A stretch of 57,369 nt of DNA from NCBI GenBank assembly GCA_903858595.1, contig CAIOJL010000004.1:1-57369 (forward strand), read 5' to 3'. The stretch is from an uncultured Spartobacteria bacterium. GTDB lineage: Bacteria; Verrucomicrobiota; Verrucomicrobiia; Chthoniobacterales; UBA6821. The notes under the pieces were generated by a model, which had not been told where the DNA came from, did not search any database, and worked only from the letters and a program-made list of their open reading frames with translations. Position 1 is the stretch's first letter, and every line of letters starts with the position of its first letter. Position numbers and translations under genes: made by a program. Below are positions 33,201 to 40,536 of this stretch, piece after piece.

Positions 33201-36200
33201 GCACCGTCTGGGGTCGATTGCCCCCCGAGGCCTGCGGATCGGCACCTGCCTTGATCGAGATGGTGCCTGCCTGACCGTAGGTCAGCTTGGCAGAGGCAGT
33301 CACCAAGGCCCCTCCCGAGACATCCACCAGCGCACCTTGCTTCAGAAAAGAGTCATGCCCCGCTAACATGATCGAGCCTCCTCCTATCATGATCGGAGCC
33401 AGGGTCGAGGAACCGAGATCGCTGGTGAGAAGGCCCGCCGTGCTGAGGAGAGCACTTGACTCAACACGCAGATTCCCGGAGGTCAACTCGGGAAATCCAA
33501 GGATCGGTGGGGCGCCGGGATTGACGGCCAGAGGAATCAGATCGTAGGGGACGAGGTCGGCCATCAGTGAGATCGATCCTCCGGGAGCCGTGATGCTTCC
33601 TCCGACCTCCACATTGGCCGCCTCCATCGTGACACTGCCGCCCAGCCCTGCATCCAGCTTCACCCCGCGGGGAATCGAAATCGACCCGTCGTGGTTGAGG
33701 ATGTTCACCTTGCCAAATCCTGAATCGGAAAAAAGTCCCTCCGACAGGGTGATCTGTCCCTTGACGGCATCGGGCAACGGTGCGGCATTTCCCGATTCGT
33801 CCAGTGCAAAAGATTGTAGGGCCGTGGAGGCTGAGGCTTTGGCGAAAAGAACTGATGGGGCATATGGTGAGGTGGGCAAAACTAGGGAGGAGTTCACCTT
33901 CACACCCTCAAGACTCAGATTGAACGATGATGGGGCCGGTGGAGCCCCCGATGTTGCCGTGGCTCGGAGTTGACGGAATCCGGTCACCGTGTTGCCAGCA
34001 ATCCCCCCTTTCAGAGCCACCGAGGGAGCCGCAATGGAAAGGGATCCCCCCGATGCTCCCTGGAGAGAAGGAGCCTCATACGAGGAGGGAGCATTCTTCA
34101 GGATTCCGGTGTAGACTTGATCAGGAGTCGCCTTTGAAATATCAACAGCCCGCCCATCGCTCGTCAGCAGCTTTGTGGTGGCGAAACTCCCCCCCGAGTA
34201 CTGAGTCCATCCACCCGAGACATTGACGATCGACCCGGGACTCATCACCACGGCGTCACCAGCCGAGAGGGAGACCGAACCACCCGCCTCGGTGAGCTGA
34301 CCCACCCTCTTCTGGATAAGCCCCACGTAGCCGCCAGCCTTGCCGAGCGGGGTTCCGACCCAGTAAGTGCCGTTGTAGGATCCCGTGTTCCGGATATCGA
34401 TCGTGATGTCCTTGCCACGAACGGGACTGTTTCTTTGCAGGGGACTGTCGGCAAGCTCCGGCCCGCGGAGCTGGAGGGTCAGGAAATTCTGCGCCGAGTC
34501 GACCTGCACATCGGTCGATCCGGAGGCATCGATGACGGCCCCTTGATCCAGATAGATCTGTCCAGCCGTCGGAAGAAGCATTGAGGGGGAATTTCCATTC
34601 GGGAACCACTCCCCCGCAGAAAGAGTGATGCCATTGACCAAGGAAGATCCACTTTCGGAGAGCGCAAGGGGCTTGCCATTGGCATCGAGGGATTCCACGG
34701 CACCGGGTGCCAGAAGAACAGACCCATTCCCCAAATGGATGTTCCTGCCGATGATGTCGACGAGTGAATTGAGGGCTAAGGAGTTACCGATCACCGTGTC
34801 ATCGCTTCCCCACTCGGGAAGAATCCGAAGGACGCTTCTAGAGCCCAGCTCCACAAGGCCCGTCGATCCCTGATAATAGGCGGGGCCGTTCAGCCCATCG
34901 GTCGTGTAGGCGGAATTGATCATGGTTCCGTAACTGGCGACTAGGTCGACCCGGCCGTTGAGGGAGACCGAGGTGGAGCTGTCGAGAACGGCCCCTATGG
35001 AGCGCCCTCCGTTGACAGGGCTCAGGGAATCATCAGGCAACGATCCCTGGATAACGGACTTGCCGGCCATCGTGGCATTGCCCCGGTCAAAGGAGATAAG
35101 ACCGTCGTTAACGGCATTCCCGGCGTCCCCGGCCAAGGGAACCACCGCCCCGGCCTGAACCAAGGGATCCGGATCATCCAGTCTGGCGTCGCGCACCGCA
35201 CCGACCACGACATCCATGCCGCGGAGGCTCGGATCCTTCGAGGCATGGGGATTGAGCGCTACCTGAAGCCCCGCCGCCAGAACGGTCTGTCCCCCGGCGG
35301 TGCTGATGGTGCCATCATTGCGGACATTGGGGCCGACAAGGGCAACAAGACCACCCACACCGGCGGAATTCGGAGGGGAAACAATCGATGCTCCCGTCTC
35401 CACCACCACGTCACCCGGAGTGGCGCTCTGCGGAACCGATCCAAGGGAGGGATCAAAGGAGGGCGTGGGGCCATTCTTTCCGGAGGAGAGCTTCAGCCCG
35501 CTGAAGAGGAACTGGTTGTCCGGATTGTTCGCGATGCCGCGTCCAGTCACCCCGTCTAGGGCGTCCCCCGCCAGGTTTCTATTGATCGGTAGGGTGGAGG
35601 CGACCAGCGTGTGGGTATTCACGGTCGAGCCATTGTGAAAGAGAAGACCATTCTGGTTGAGAATCCAGACCTGCCCTTGCGCGGTGATATTGCCAAAGAT
35701 GTGGGAAGGATCCGTGGCGCTCATCACCTTGTTGAAGGCGATCCAGTTGCCGGGATCACCGTTGTTTCCCTTCTGGCTGAAATTTATCGTGGTTGCAGGA
35801 CCGACATTGAACTTATTCCAGTAGAGATACGCATTCTGCGAGGTCTGCTGGATATTGACGTAGTTGGGATTCGCCGCATTGGCGGCGTTCTGGGATGGAG
35901 TGATCGAGGCCCCGCTCCAGGAAGTGGTCACGGCCGTCCCGTTGACGATTCCGGCACGCTCACCCTTCACGTAGGGCTCGAGCCAACCGGCCTTCAGCCC
36001 GTTATAGACCGCCGTGTCGCCATTCACCGTCTGGCCGTTCGGAAGCACGGATGCCGGATTGGCCTTCGCGGCTTTAGCCGCCTGAGCCTGCAGCTTCGTC
36101 ATTGCAGAAACCACGGCATTCCCCTTGGCGATATCTTGCCGAGCGAGAGCCGCGGTCAGCGCGGCGGAGGCAGCACCGGCGTTGACAAGATTGGGTGCAG

Positions 36201-36495
36201 AACCCTGCCCCCCGGAGCCGCTTGTCGAACCCGCCTTGATCTGGCCCATCGTGATGGCAAGGAGCGGAGGGGACGAGGTCAGGAAGAGCAATGCCGTAAG
36301 CACCGACGCCACAGCCCTGACAGGCCAAGAATGACGGACCACACGGACCCCAAGGAGTTCGGGCAACGGATCAACGGACCCCTGCGGTACAAGCGCATGA
36401 TTTCCGCCTTCCCCACCGTAAAGGTGCGTCCTTTCCTCCCCGACTCCATAAAGGAAACGAAGCACTCGGTGCGTCATCGGGGAAAAGGCGGACAT
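24214..36495 (-). CDS. Giant filamentous haemagglutinin-family exoprotein (TPS domain, beta-helix repeats, C-terminal DUF3739-like domain) with LysM and CBM5/12-like insertions
   Basis: 4093 aa; extended signal region ending PPLLA; TPS-type WNKFNVG...PSHIFGNITAQGQVWILNQNG; many GGSI/VSL repeats; C-terminal GGDIMMWSDKGNIAAG...GGGIG...IDAGDAGIR...PSVFSIDIMGYG. Start may be ATG 36477. Confidence 0.88.
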   Translation of the reverse strand: MSAFSPMTHRVLRFLYGVGEERTHLYGGEGGNHALVPQGSVDPLPELLGVRVVRHSWPVRAVASVLTALLFLTSSPPLLAITMGQIKAGSTSGSGGQGSAPNLVNAGAASAALTAALARQDIAKGNAVVSAMTKLQAQAAKAAKANPASVLPNGQTVNGDTAVYNGLKAGWLEPYVKGERAGIVNGTAVTTSWSGASITPSQNAANAANPNYVNIQQTSQNAYLYWNKFNVGPATTINFSQKGNNGDPGNWIAFNKVMSATDPSHIFGNITAQGQVWILNQNGLLFHNGSTVNTHTLVASTLPINRNLAGDALDGVTGRGIANNPDNQFLFSGLKLSSGKNGPTPSFDPSLGSVPQSATPGDVVVETGASIVSPPNSAGVGGLVALVGPNVRNDGTISTAGGQTVLAAGLQVALNPHASKDPSLRGMDVVVGAVRDARLDDPDPLVQAGAVVPLAGDAGNAVNDGLISFDRGNATMAGKSVIQGSLPDDSLSPVNGGRSIGAVLDSSTSVSLNGRVDLVASYGTMINSAYTTDGLNGPAYYQGSTGLVELGSRSVLRILPEWGSDDTVIGNSLALNSLVDIIGRNIHLGNGSVLLAPGAVESLDANGKPLALSESGSSLVNGITLSAGEWFPNGNSPSMLLPTAGQIYLDQGAVIDASGSTDVQVDSAQNFLTLQLRGPELADSPLQRNSPVRGKDITIDIRNTGSYNGTYWVGTPLGKAGGYVGLIQKRVGQLTEAGGSVSLSAGDAVVMSPGSIVNVSGGWTQYSGGSFATTKLLTSDGRAVDISKATPDQVYTGILKNAPSSYEAPSLQGASGGSLSIAAPSVALKGGIAGNTVTGFRQLRATATSGAPPAPSSFNLSLEGVKVNSSLVLPTSPYAPSVLFAKASASTALQSFALDESGNAAPLPDAVKGQITLSEGLFSDSGFGKVNILNHDGSISIPRGVKLDAGLGGSVTMEAANVEVGGSITAPGGSISLMADLVPYDLIPLAVNPGAPPILGFPELTSGNLRVESSALLSTAGLLTSDLGSSTLAPIMIGGGSIMLAGHDSFLKQGALVDVSGGALVTASAKLTYGQAGTISIKAGADPQASGGNRPQTVLADIHDGTLRLGSTLRGYSGPGISGGSLSLAATAIRVGGTALTGETEILPSFFNTGGFSSFTLAGTGVGLPGDDAYRPGLVIDQGTLIHPVIASQILNQSRSSLVPFLLPSPLRPAAQLSFSSAGTVDDNLLLGSKVLARGDLVLGSGASIIVDPQLTASGSGVGGSVSLFGNTVTIDGSIFAPAGGIKVAAAGDFPSNDQPPNYPQATLDLAPSAVLSTAGIVLTTVDPLGARSRFGAVLPGGSISLGGNILAEGGLLDVSGTSGLLDFLPAQLGLNQSGFVSSRIDSAGGSITLSGKKALYSDATLMGRSGGTTAAGGTVSFSSGSAENPLTLMIVQSGSVLPPAVDPSIPGSQVGVELTLPDAIAAPSLNGGGEVSLATFRRGGFDSVKLSGGTFFSGPVSLSVPGTITAATAGTLSADNAVTLSAAHVILGQKFGTPNPPGTSDQTLLGAPSAGADGANVPGSLTVENARLIDLGNLSLQGIRRTSLSAPGGAIRGDGTLDVTGDLTLTAAEIYPAGSTSFKAVAYGYDPSTGEALSSGGTLGHITLIRSGMPEAPLSAGASLGLYADTLTIGGSLFAPMGSITLGGTGGSKDFLSNLSLPSTTTLTLQAGSLISVSGNGMALPYGTSADGQKWLDPSGFDITYRGVPGKSVNLSASQLTMEKGSSVDVSGGGTLEAPQWVYGLGGTINWTGSGTSYASQNSYRTGDLVLYGGSLWSAVQASSGITPVIGPYWTKLPNSYAIVPGYTADYAPTGYSDGSIPFGQKVRLPGAGGLAAGDYTLLPVSYATLPGAYLISASGTGATGSPVPHPDGSILLSGIVFNGMDGASGLSSLASSFILSSPYVLAGKNEERFLQVDTFFNSSVASPKPADGGSVHFVASAGMALAGSVSGSGLGKGVGARIDVSSPLAIVVNADGSGDPSGALLLGAKQLSGWSFGSLLLGGSRGAVQSDGTTPITVSSPSVTIQDGTKLVGNDIILVGGTLISLGSGASLTAAGTSAAPDESLTLAGDGLLLRVSSDSAVTSRRAGVDSLATQLGFTDGNGNPGAPSLSLADGSLLSGKGVILDSSALATVSPTTTLSAASLLLTAGQIALLSSPTLTAADLDASSANALVLSSAQLNGFSSATSLSFTSYSSLDLYGAGVVGSTSLRSLTLHAGEIRGFDHSGDEALLSARSILLDNPAVMVNPLGSDHPSVQASGPGAVTAAADGTLRISADKLSLGINGMSWDQFSAVSLEASSSVIGTASGTFSAGTGSLPSDLKISTPLVTTLGGVSTVLSTAGAFSLVSPSSGAASGSVPDLQAGGALSLLGSSVSLDSSILLPGGSLTATALSGDLTVGNNDNARLSVAGVSGKQGTFLSDVRSSDAGSITLVSSSGNVILGAGSALVLSAIKSSSAGSLSVSAPGGAFSVDSEALINAKGGNSGGIGGSFTLDVGSLSSLSIIEPVLATAGFSSSQSFRIRSGDVAVDAAVKSHSFTVTADGGSIDVTGSINASGKTGGAIALQASGSVILEDGSSLSVHGDTYDAAGKGGSIFLSAGAAVNGVINPDALLDLRTGSTLDLGVKALPERIDQFGGTLHLRAPQLANGSDVQISEISSTITGASSVAVEAYKLYDLTPDGGGSAEISSVIPLVVSDAQGFLGTPGANSDVAATILTRLTGDLDPSVAAVLNLAPGVEIINQGGDLTLSQDWDLSQFRTGANSAPGFLTLRASGNIALNASLSDGFSSSDYTATLLSHNTALPANFQSWSYAITAGTDLSSANTSAVSTGSAANVTLGLPGLGYDPGNGANALTPQVIRGLYQVIRTGTGDIAINASGDFQLWNQFSSVYTAGTLVPDQNLGGTFDTPAASMNGIETTSLGAAQQIKVDADGNPVPLSDVNGSPLMDANGNPLPIYQTYQAQFSMAGGNISIEVGGNIAHKTYQKDSTGAVVTHGDGNPVVVDDSVRELPSNWLYRRGAVDPITGKFVAVANTTYQLDANGNMLLDTDGVTPLTTTRTEITSTAWWVDFSNFFEGVGALGGGNITMKAGGIICNVDSVIPTQARMAGKTTLSLGNDSSLGVVASQSGVPLSTLASMNGITIGMIRPSEGATLSIPDGNGDSYTVASGDTLQTVADAFGVIPADLAAANNLSVADYVVTQGSTVSVPVSPSSQTLVETGGGDMTIRAGKNLDAGVYYVERGQGRLRAGGSIITNPSRDTFMTPSLAAIAGAPISTDRAALPTTLFLGKSSFDVAASGNVLLGPAANVFLMPEGLNNGLNYNSFFSTLDASSSVSVASLGGSVTLRQYAANAGYPVSPILLNWYQGDVSPILPSDNYKSSFYQPWLRLNTGSVNALVSQTALQPASLQAVCFGGDILLQGSYTAATSPSGNIVLDAAGSVIGLSTDGAGSPSIGTSGLYISSTINLSDASPSSMPSPSAPVSSFNGLPFQETGSYSGDAASLQFQQQLHDAGLLHKNDPNPLQIVARSGDLTGITLFSPKRAQISSGGFIEDVGLYLQNLSPSDVSVISAVSGIIAYNDQTLYQRVAQAAGTGFSDQQLSQYKARITGSGDIQISGPGTLEVVSGGGIDLGNGPNNADGTGVGITSIGNARNPALSFNGADIITMAGVNLPSSLDAASSLNFTGLIQKVQTLPEASNYYKELSKQVLQGGDDDLATALASAGSLSGILSSLITDDQKARLSLVLFSLVLRDAGRDHNKVGSPGYGTYSAGENAIAEMFGSTPRAGDINLRTQSIRTQNGGSIFMIAPEGGVSLASIVPPTLSTLTPPGIVTQHGGAIDVYTRNDVSIGIGRIFTLRGGDIMMWSDKGNIAAGSSAKTVATAPPTRVLVNPTSGNVETDLSGLATGGGIGVLATVKDAAVGTVDLVAPSGVIDAGDAGIRSSGTLNLAATKILNADNIAASGAIVGAPPAAAPAAAPPPAAPPVSAPAGASAAAAAANSAADKTADKSNSGNQDDATPSVFSIDIMGYGGGDGGSDDDDEHRKAADISPAPVQASL

Positions 36496-36533
36496 CAGGA
36501 TTCTACACTAAAGCACAACGAGTCGATTCCTGC

Positions 36534-36549
36534 GTTACGTTTTTGACAC
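36534..36549. promoter_or_regulatory. Imperfect GTnAC-N6-GTnAC site upstream of the exoprotein gene
   Basis: GTTAC-GTTTTT-GACAC (one mismatch); a minus-strand TAGAAT -10-like hexamer lies at 36500-36505. Confidence 0.35.
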
Positions 36550-36597
36550 AATAGGTAAAATTCTCCCTCCCCTCCGCAACGTTATGAGGGGGGATCT

Positions 36598-37521
36598 CTA
36601 CTGAGCAAGGGGAGGATAGGCGGCCTTGATGGCGGCCGCCTCCTTGTCACCATGGCTGATCTGATCGGGCGTCATCAGGGCCGTGATCTCATAGTACATG
36701 CCGATAACCGGGACGTAGCCGGCATCCTTGGCAAGCTTGATCCAGGGGTAGCTTGCGGACGGCCCCTTGAGCACCATCATCTTGTGGGCATAGAGGAACT
36801 GGGCGGGGGAATTGCCCAGTCTAGCTGCTGTTGCAAGCCACTCATCCGACTTAGCCGGATCCTTGGGGAACCCCGTGCCGTTCTTGTAGAGATCGCTGAG
36901 TCGCAGGGCGGCCCCGTCGTGACCGGCCTGGGCGGCGCGCAGGAGAAGCTCTGCGGCCCGCTTGGGATCCTTCGTCATGCCGTTTTCCCCGGAGAGAGAG
37001 TCATCGGCCACGGAGACCAGAGCCGGTACATAGCCCAGATCAGCGGAACGTTGCATCATCTTCGAGGCTAAGCTCGGGTCCTTCGCCGTCCCGACCCCCT
37101 GACGGAGGAGCAGGGAGCAGGAAAAGAGGGCCTTGGGATCCCCGGCATCCGCACCAGAGCGGATCCAGCGGTATCCCTCGGCGGGATCGGCCGGCACACC
37201 CGCCCCCGCGAGTAGCATCACCCCGAGATTCTGCATGGCCCGGGGATCTCCGGCACGAGCCGCACGGAAGTAGAGTTCCCGAGCCTTCACAGGATCCGGT
37301 GTGTCTCCGATTCCCTGCTGAAGATTGACCGCCTTGTGGAAGAGCCGTGCGGCCTCCTTCCTGGTCAACTTCTCAGGAGAAGGCTCGGGAGTGGGCGTGG
37401 GCGAAGGAAGGATTGCAGGGGGCTGCTCGGCATGACTTCTTGCGACCGGAAGAGCCAGGGAGAGAAGAAGGGCCCCGGTGAGGCCGCGCAGCGGATGTGA
37501 TGATGCGGATAGCAGATTCAT
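36598..37521 (-). CDS. Secreted Sel1-like repeat protein
   Basis: Signal peptide (LLLSLALPVARSHA), Pro-rich linker, about 6 repeats of A...LG..L..G.GV..D...A..W...AA..G. Confidence 0.88.
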   Translation of the reverse strand: MNLLSASSHPLRGLTGALLLSLALPVARSHAEQPPAILPSPTPTPEPSPEKLTRKEAARLFHKAVNLQQGIGDTPDPVKARELYFRAARAGDPRAMQNLGVMLLAGAGVPADPAEGYRWIRSGADAGDPKALFSCSLLLRQGVGTAKDPSLASKMMQRSADLGYVPALVSVADDSLSGENGMTKDPKRAAELLLRAAQAGHDGAALRLSDLYKNGTGFPKDPAKSDEWLATAARLGNSPAQFLYAHKMMVLKGPSASYPWIKLAKDAGYVPVIGMYYEITALMTPDQISHGDKEAAAIKAAYPPLAQ

Positions 37522-37594
37522 GATCGTGGTAAAAGGAGATGAATGGGTGTGGATCATAGCAGATTCTTGGACAGATGGGAGAAGGGAATGTTCG

Positions 37595-37610
37595 GTGACA
37601 ATTTCGTAAC
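37595..37610. promoter_or_regulatory. PHO-box-like 11-bp-period repeat upstream of the Sel1 gene
   Basis: GTGAC-AATTTC-GTAAC; on the coding strand TTGTTAC-GAAA-TTGTCAC. Confidence 0.55.
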
Positions 37611-37629
37611 AATCATGACCTCTCTTACT

Positions 37630-38391
37630 TTATTGTCTGACACGGATCAGACGCCCCTCGCGCTGCAAGACCCGCATCTCCAGCGCATCCTCACCGTAGC
37701 GTGCTCGGAAGGCATCATCAGCCGGACTGAGCGGCGTCGGCTCGGGTGTTGGCGCGGGAGGAGGGCCCTTGAGAGACTGGAGGGCCTCATCTCCATACTG
37801 CTGGCGGAAGATATCATCGGCCTGTTGGGCCGACTGCTTCCAGAGATCGGCATAGCCGGGTGCGTAGGGACTCAGGCCGCTGGACTGGATACGTGCAGTA
37901 AAATCCGCGGTGGTCTGATCGAGAAGCTGGAGCTGCTCCTCGGTGAGTGAGGAACGGGCTTCAGGCTGGGCATAGATGGCAGGGACATAGACTGGGACAG
38001 GCGTCGGTTCGGGTTCCACCACCTCAAAGACCTCTTCCGGTTGCTTGGGCTCTTCCCGGACGACAGTCGTTGCGGGTGAGACAGGGGATGCAGGAGAGGA
38101 GGAAGTTGTCAGAGTTAACGCGGATTGGGTCGAAGGAGTGGGGGGCACCGCTGTCGCTTGGGAACCCTGCGGAGTGGCAGTCCTGGAGGAGCTGCTTCCC
38201 CCATCCAAGGCCAAGGTCGATCCGACAGAGCTCCAGGAGCAAAAGAGCAGGAACGTAACCAAGAGCACGCCACCCCCCAGGGCGATTAGTAGAAATGGGT
38301 GGATGAATGCCGAAGCGTCTAAGCGACGCCTAAACGTGGGAGCATGAGCAGGAGCATAGTAATGTGGCTTGCGGTGAGTCATCACGGGCAA
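37630..38391 (-). CDS. Membrane-anchored hypothetical protein with S/T/P-rich linker and duplicated ADDxFRxxYG motif
   Basis: Hydrophobic stretch at about aa 29-52; low-complexity linker; QADDIFRQQYGDEAL and PADDAFRARYGEDAL. Confidence 0.7.
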   Translation of the reverse strand: MPVMTHRKPHYYAPAHAPTFRRRLDASAFIHPFLLIALGGGVLLVTFLLFCSWSSVGSTLALDGGSSSSRTATPQGSQATAVPPTPSTQSALTLTTSSSPASPVSPATTVVREEPKQPEEVFEVVEPEPTPVPVYVPAIYAQPEARSSLTEEQLQLLDQTTADFTARIQSSGLSPYAPGYADLWKQSAQQADDIFRQQYGDEALQSLKGPPPAPTPEPTPLSPADDAFRARYGEDALEMRVLQREGRLIRVRQ

Positions 38392-38448
38392 CTGGGCATG
38401 AAGGGTTGTTTATTTGTCGAGTAAGAACTCTTTCACTATTTGCCTGAG

Positions 38449-38484
38449 AAAACAAACAGGCCGACGGTTTCCCGCCGGCCTGTT
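38449..38484 (-). terminator. Intrinsic terminator after the PstS-like gene
   Basis: Minus strand AACAGGCCGGCGG-GAAA-CCGTCGGCCTGTT followed by TGTTTT. Confidence 0.8.
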
Positions 38485-38558
38485 GTTAAGTTTTCTTTCC
38501 ACTCCCTCCCGGAGTTGCACTCCAGAAGGTTTCGGCAAGAAGGGAGAGAGGATCTCTC

Positions 38559-40214
38559 TTAGAAGCCAGCTCCGGCGCCGGCAGTTGCCTGCTTGGCGGT
38601 GGTGGAGTAGCTGGGCAGGTTGGTCAGCGTCACGCTGTTGGTCCAGTTCTTCGTGATGCTACCACCGTCAACCGTGCGGGCGACATTGTTGGTAACGTCG
38701 CTGAGCAGGAGAGTCCCCTTGGCCTTGGCCTGAAGGGCAGGTGTACTGAGAGACTGGATCGAAGTGGCAATCTGCGAAGCTAACGACTGAGCGGTCGCAG
38801 AGGCCTCATTGTTCACCAGGATGTGCTCGACGCTCCAGAAGGGATAGGCTCCCGACTTGATCGCTCCGGTACTCGGATAGACACCCTCGTAGGAGAGGAT
38901 GTTGGCACTCTTGCCAGTGGCATCGGCGAGACCGGCGTAGCCGATCGCGATGGCATTGCCGGGAGAGTTTGCCGAGGTGACTGCAGCAATCGTGGTGCAG
39001 AGATCACCACCCGATCCGTATCCATTGTGTCCGGTGGCGCAGAGCTTGCCCAAGGTGACCTCGGCGGGCCAGTTCGTGATCACCAGAGTGCTGGCGCTGT
39101 TGGAGGCATAGAGCGTTCCATCCGACTGGGTGTAGGTGGAGTACTTAATACCGCTGTTGGTGCCGAGGATCAGGTACTGCTTGATGCCGGTGTTGACACC
39201 GTTGGCAACCGAGGTGCTGGTAACTGTGCTGCCAAGACCAAGCATCGAGAAGGTGATCAGACGAGTGCCGGAATCAATGCTGCGACCGACAGCATAGACG
39301 AAGCGGTTCGTGTCATCAAGGCTGCCAGTGAACTGGGCGGCATTGACCTTGCCGAGCTTGAAGAGGGCGGCGGCCTGAGCCTTGGTGATGTTGGCGATGG
39401 CGCCGTTGGTGCCGGCGAAGTTCGCGCCTTGGGTCAAGGCCGAATTTGCGCTGGAAACGAATCCAAATCCGACAATGCCGACAGGGATGTCGTTCGTGAT
39501 CGCGGAATACAGGTTGGAAGCCACAAGTACCGAACGGCTGGCCGGAGCCTTAATGCCCAGGTACGTGGCATTGGTCGTCTGTGCGGGATCGAGGTTGTTC
39601 GTAGCAAAGACAGCAACCGTCTTGCCGGCACCGAAGGCCGAGGAGACCTGATAGGTGTCGGAGAAGGCGATGGTGCCAACAGCGGCCACCTTGCTGATCG
39701 TGCCGGTAGCAACGCCATTGGAGAGCGTGAAGCTCTGAGAAGGATCCCAGAAGCTAATCAGGTTCGGAGTGGCTGCGATGGCGTCGGTAATGCTGTTGGT
39801 GGTCTTCAGCGTGTTGGTCCATTTGCCAGCAACACCCGTCCAGGTTCCACCGACAACCAGATTCGTGGGCTTCACCGAGTTGGTGTAGGTGGTGATATTG
39901 GTGCTGACGACGTTGTAAGGGCTCTTGTAGCTCACGTTCTGGGGACCGGCGACGGTCTGGATGCCAGCCTCGGAACCATTCCAGCAAGCAACAACCTTAT
40001 CGCCATCCACGGTCGTCCAGACCACGTTGCCGGCACTGCCGAGTGTCGCATTGTCCCTGGCGTTCTGGGTTCCACCAGCGGTCGTGATGGTGGAATCAAT
40101 CTGGCTGTTCGCAGCGCTACGGAAAGCCGTAGAACCGGTGATATAGATCGTCTCGGCGGAGGCCGAACCGATCGCAAGAGCTGCAAGAGCAGCTGCTAGG
40201 ATGTTTTTTTTCAT
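38559..40214 (-). CDS. Secreted protein with PstS/DING-like periplasmic-binding fold
   Basis: Sec signal (ASA/E); IYITGSTAF, GSEAGI, AFSD, GRSIDSGTR (R..xSGT phosphate-binding motif), IGYAG, IKSGAYPFW; codons mostly end in C, suggesting high expression. Confidence 0.7.
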   Translation of the reverse strand: MKKNILAAALAALAIGSASAETIYITGSTAFRSAANSQIDSTITTAGGTQNARDNATLGSAGNVVWTTVDGDKVVACWNGSEAGIQTVAGPQNVSYKSPYNVVSTNITTYTNSVKPTNLVVGGTWTGVAGKWTNTLKTTNSITDAIAATPNLISFWDPSQSFTLSNGVATGTISKVAAVGTIAFSDTYQVSSAFGAGKTVAVFATNNLDPAQTTNATYLGIKAPASRSVLVASNLYSAITNDIPVGIVGFGFVSSANSALTQGANFAGTNGAIANITKAQAAALFKLGKVNAAQFTGSLDDTNRFVYAVGRSIDSGTRLITFSMLGLGSTVTSTSVANGVNTGIKQYLILGTNSGIKYSTYTQSDGTLYASNSASTLVITNWPAEVTLGKLCATGHNGYGSGGDLCTTIAAVTSANSPGNAIAIGYAGLADATGKSANILSYEGVYPSTGAIKSGAYPFWSVEHILVNNEASATAQSLASQIATSIQSLSTPALQAKAKGTLLLSDVTNNVARTVDGGSITKNWTNSVTLTNLPSYSTTAKQATAGAGAGF

Positions 40215-40520
40215 GTTGTTTTGTTTTTGTTTTTGGACTGACAGTTTTGTCTGACTAACGACTGGCTGACTGACGGCGCCGGAAGATCTGAGGGCTTTTT
40301 AGTGTTGGTTGGGCTCTCGTTTCGTCCGGGTTGATTGTTTGCTGCGCGGTGAAGCTGGCTGATTCGGTGTCGTGTTTTTGTTTGCCGCTGTTGCTATTTC
40401 GGGACTTGGCAGGCTGCGGATACCGATGAAATCAGGGTTTTTGGGTTGATGGTGAAAGTTTTTTGTTTCTGAACTGCCGTGAATATGCCCGAGACCCCGC
40501 GGATCGTCATGAGCTTTAAT

Positions 40521-40536
40521 GTCACAAGTTTGTAAC
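40521..40536. promoter_or_regulatory. PHO-box-like 11-bp-period repeat in the divergent intergenic region
   Basis: GTCAC-AAGTTT-GTAAC; 15/19 identical to the site at 37595-37613. Confidence 0.55.

Noticed and set aside
38823-40199. 458-aa plus-strand ORF
   Set aside because: Antisense shadow of the PstS-like gene, which has the signal peptide, motifs and terminator.
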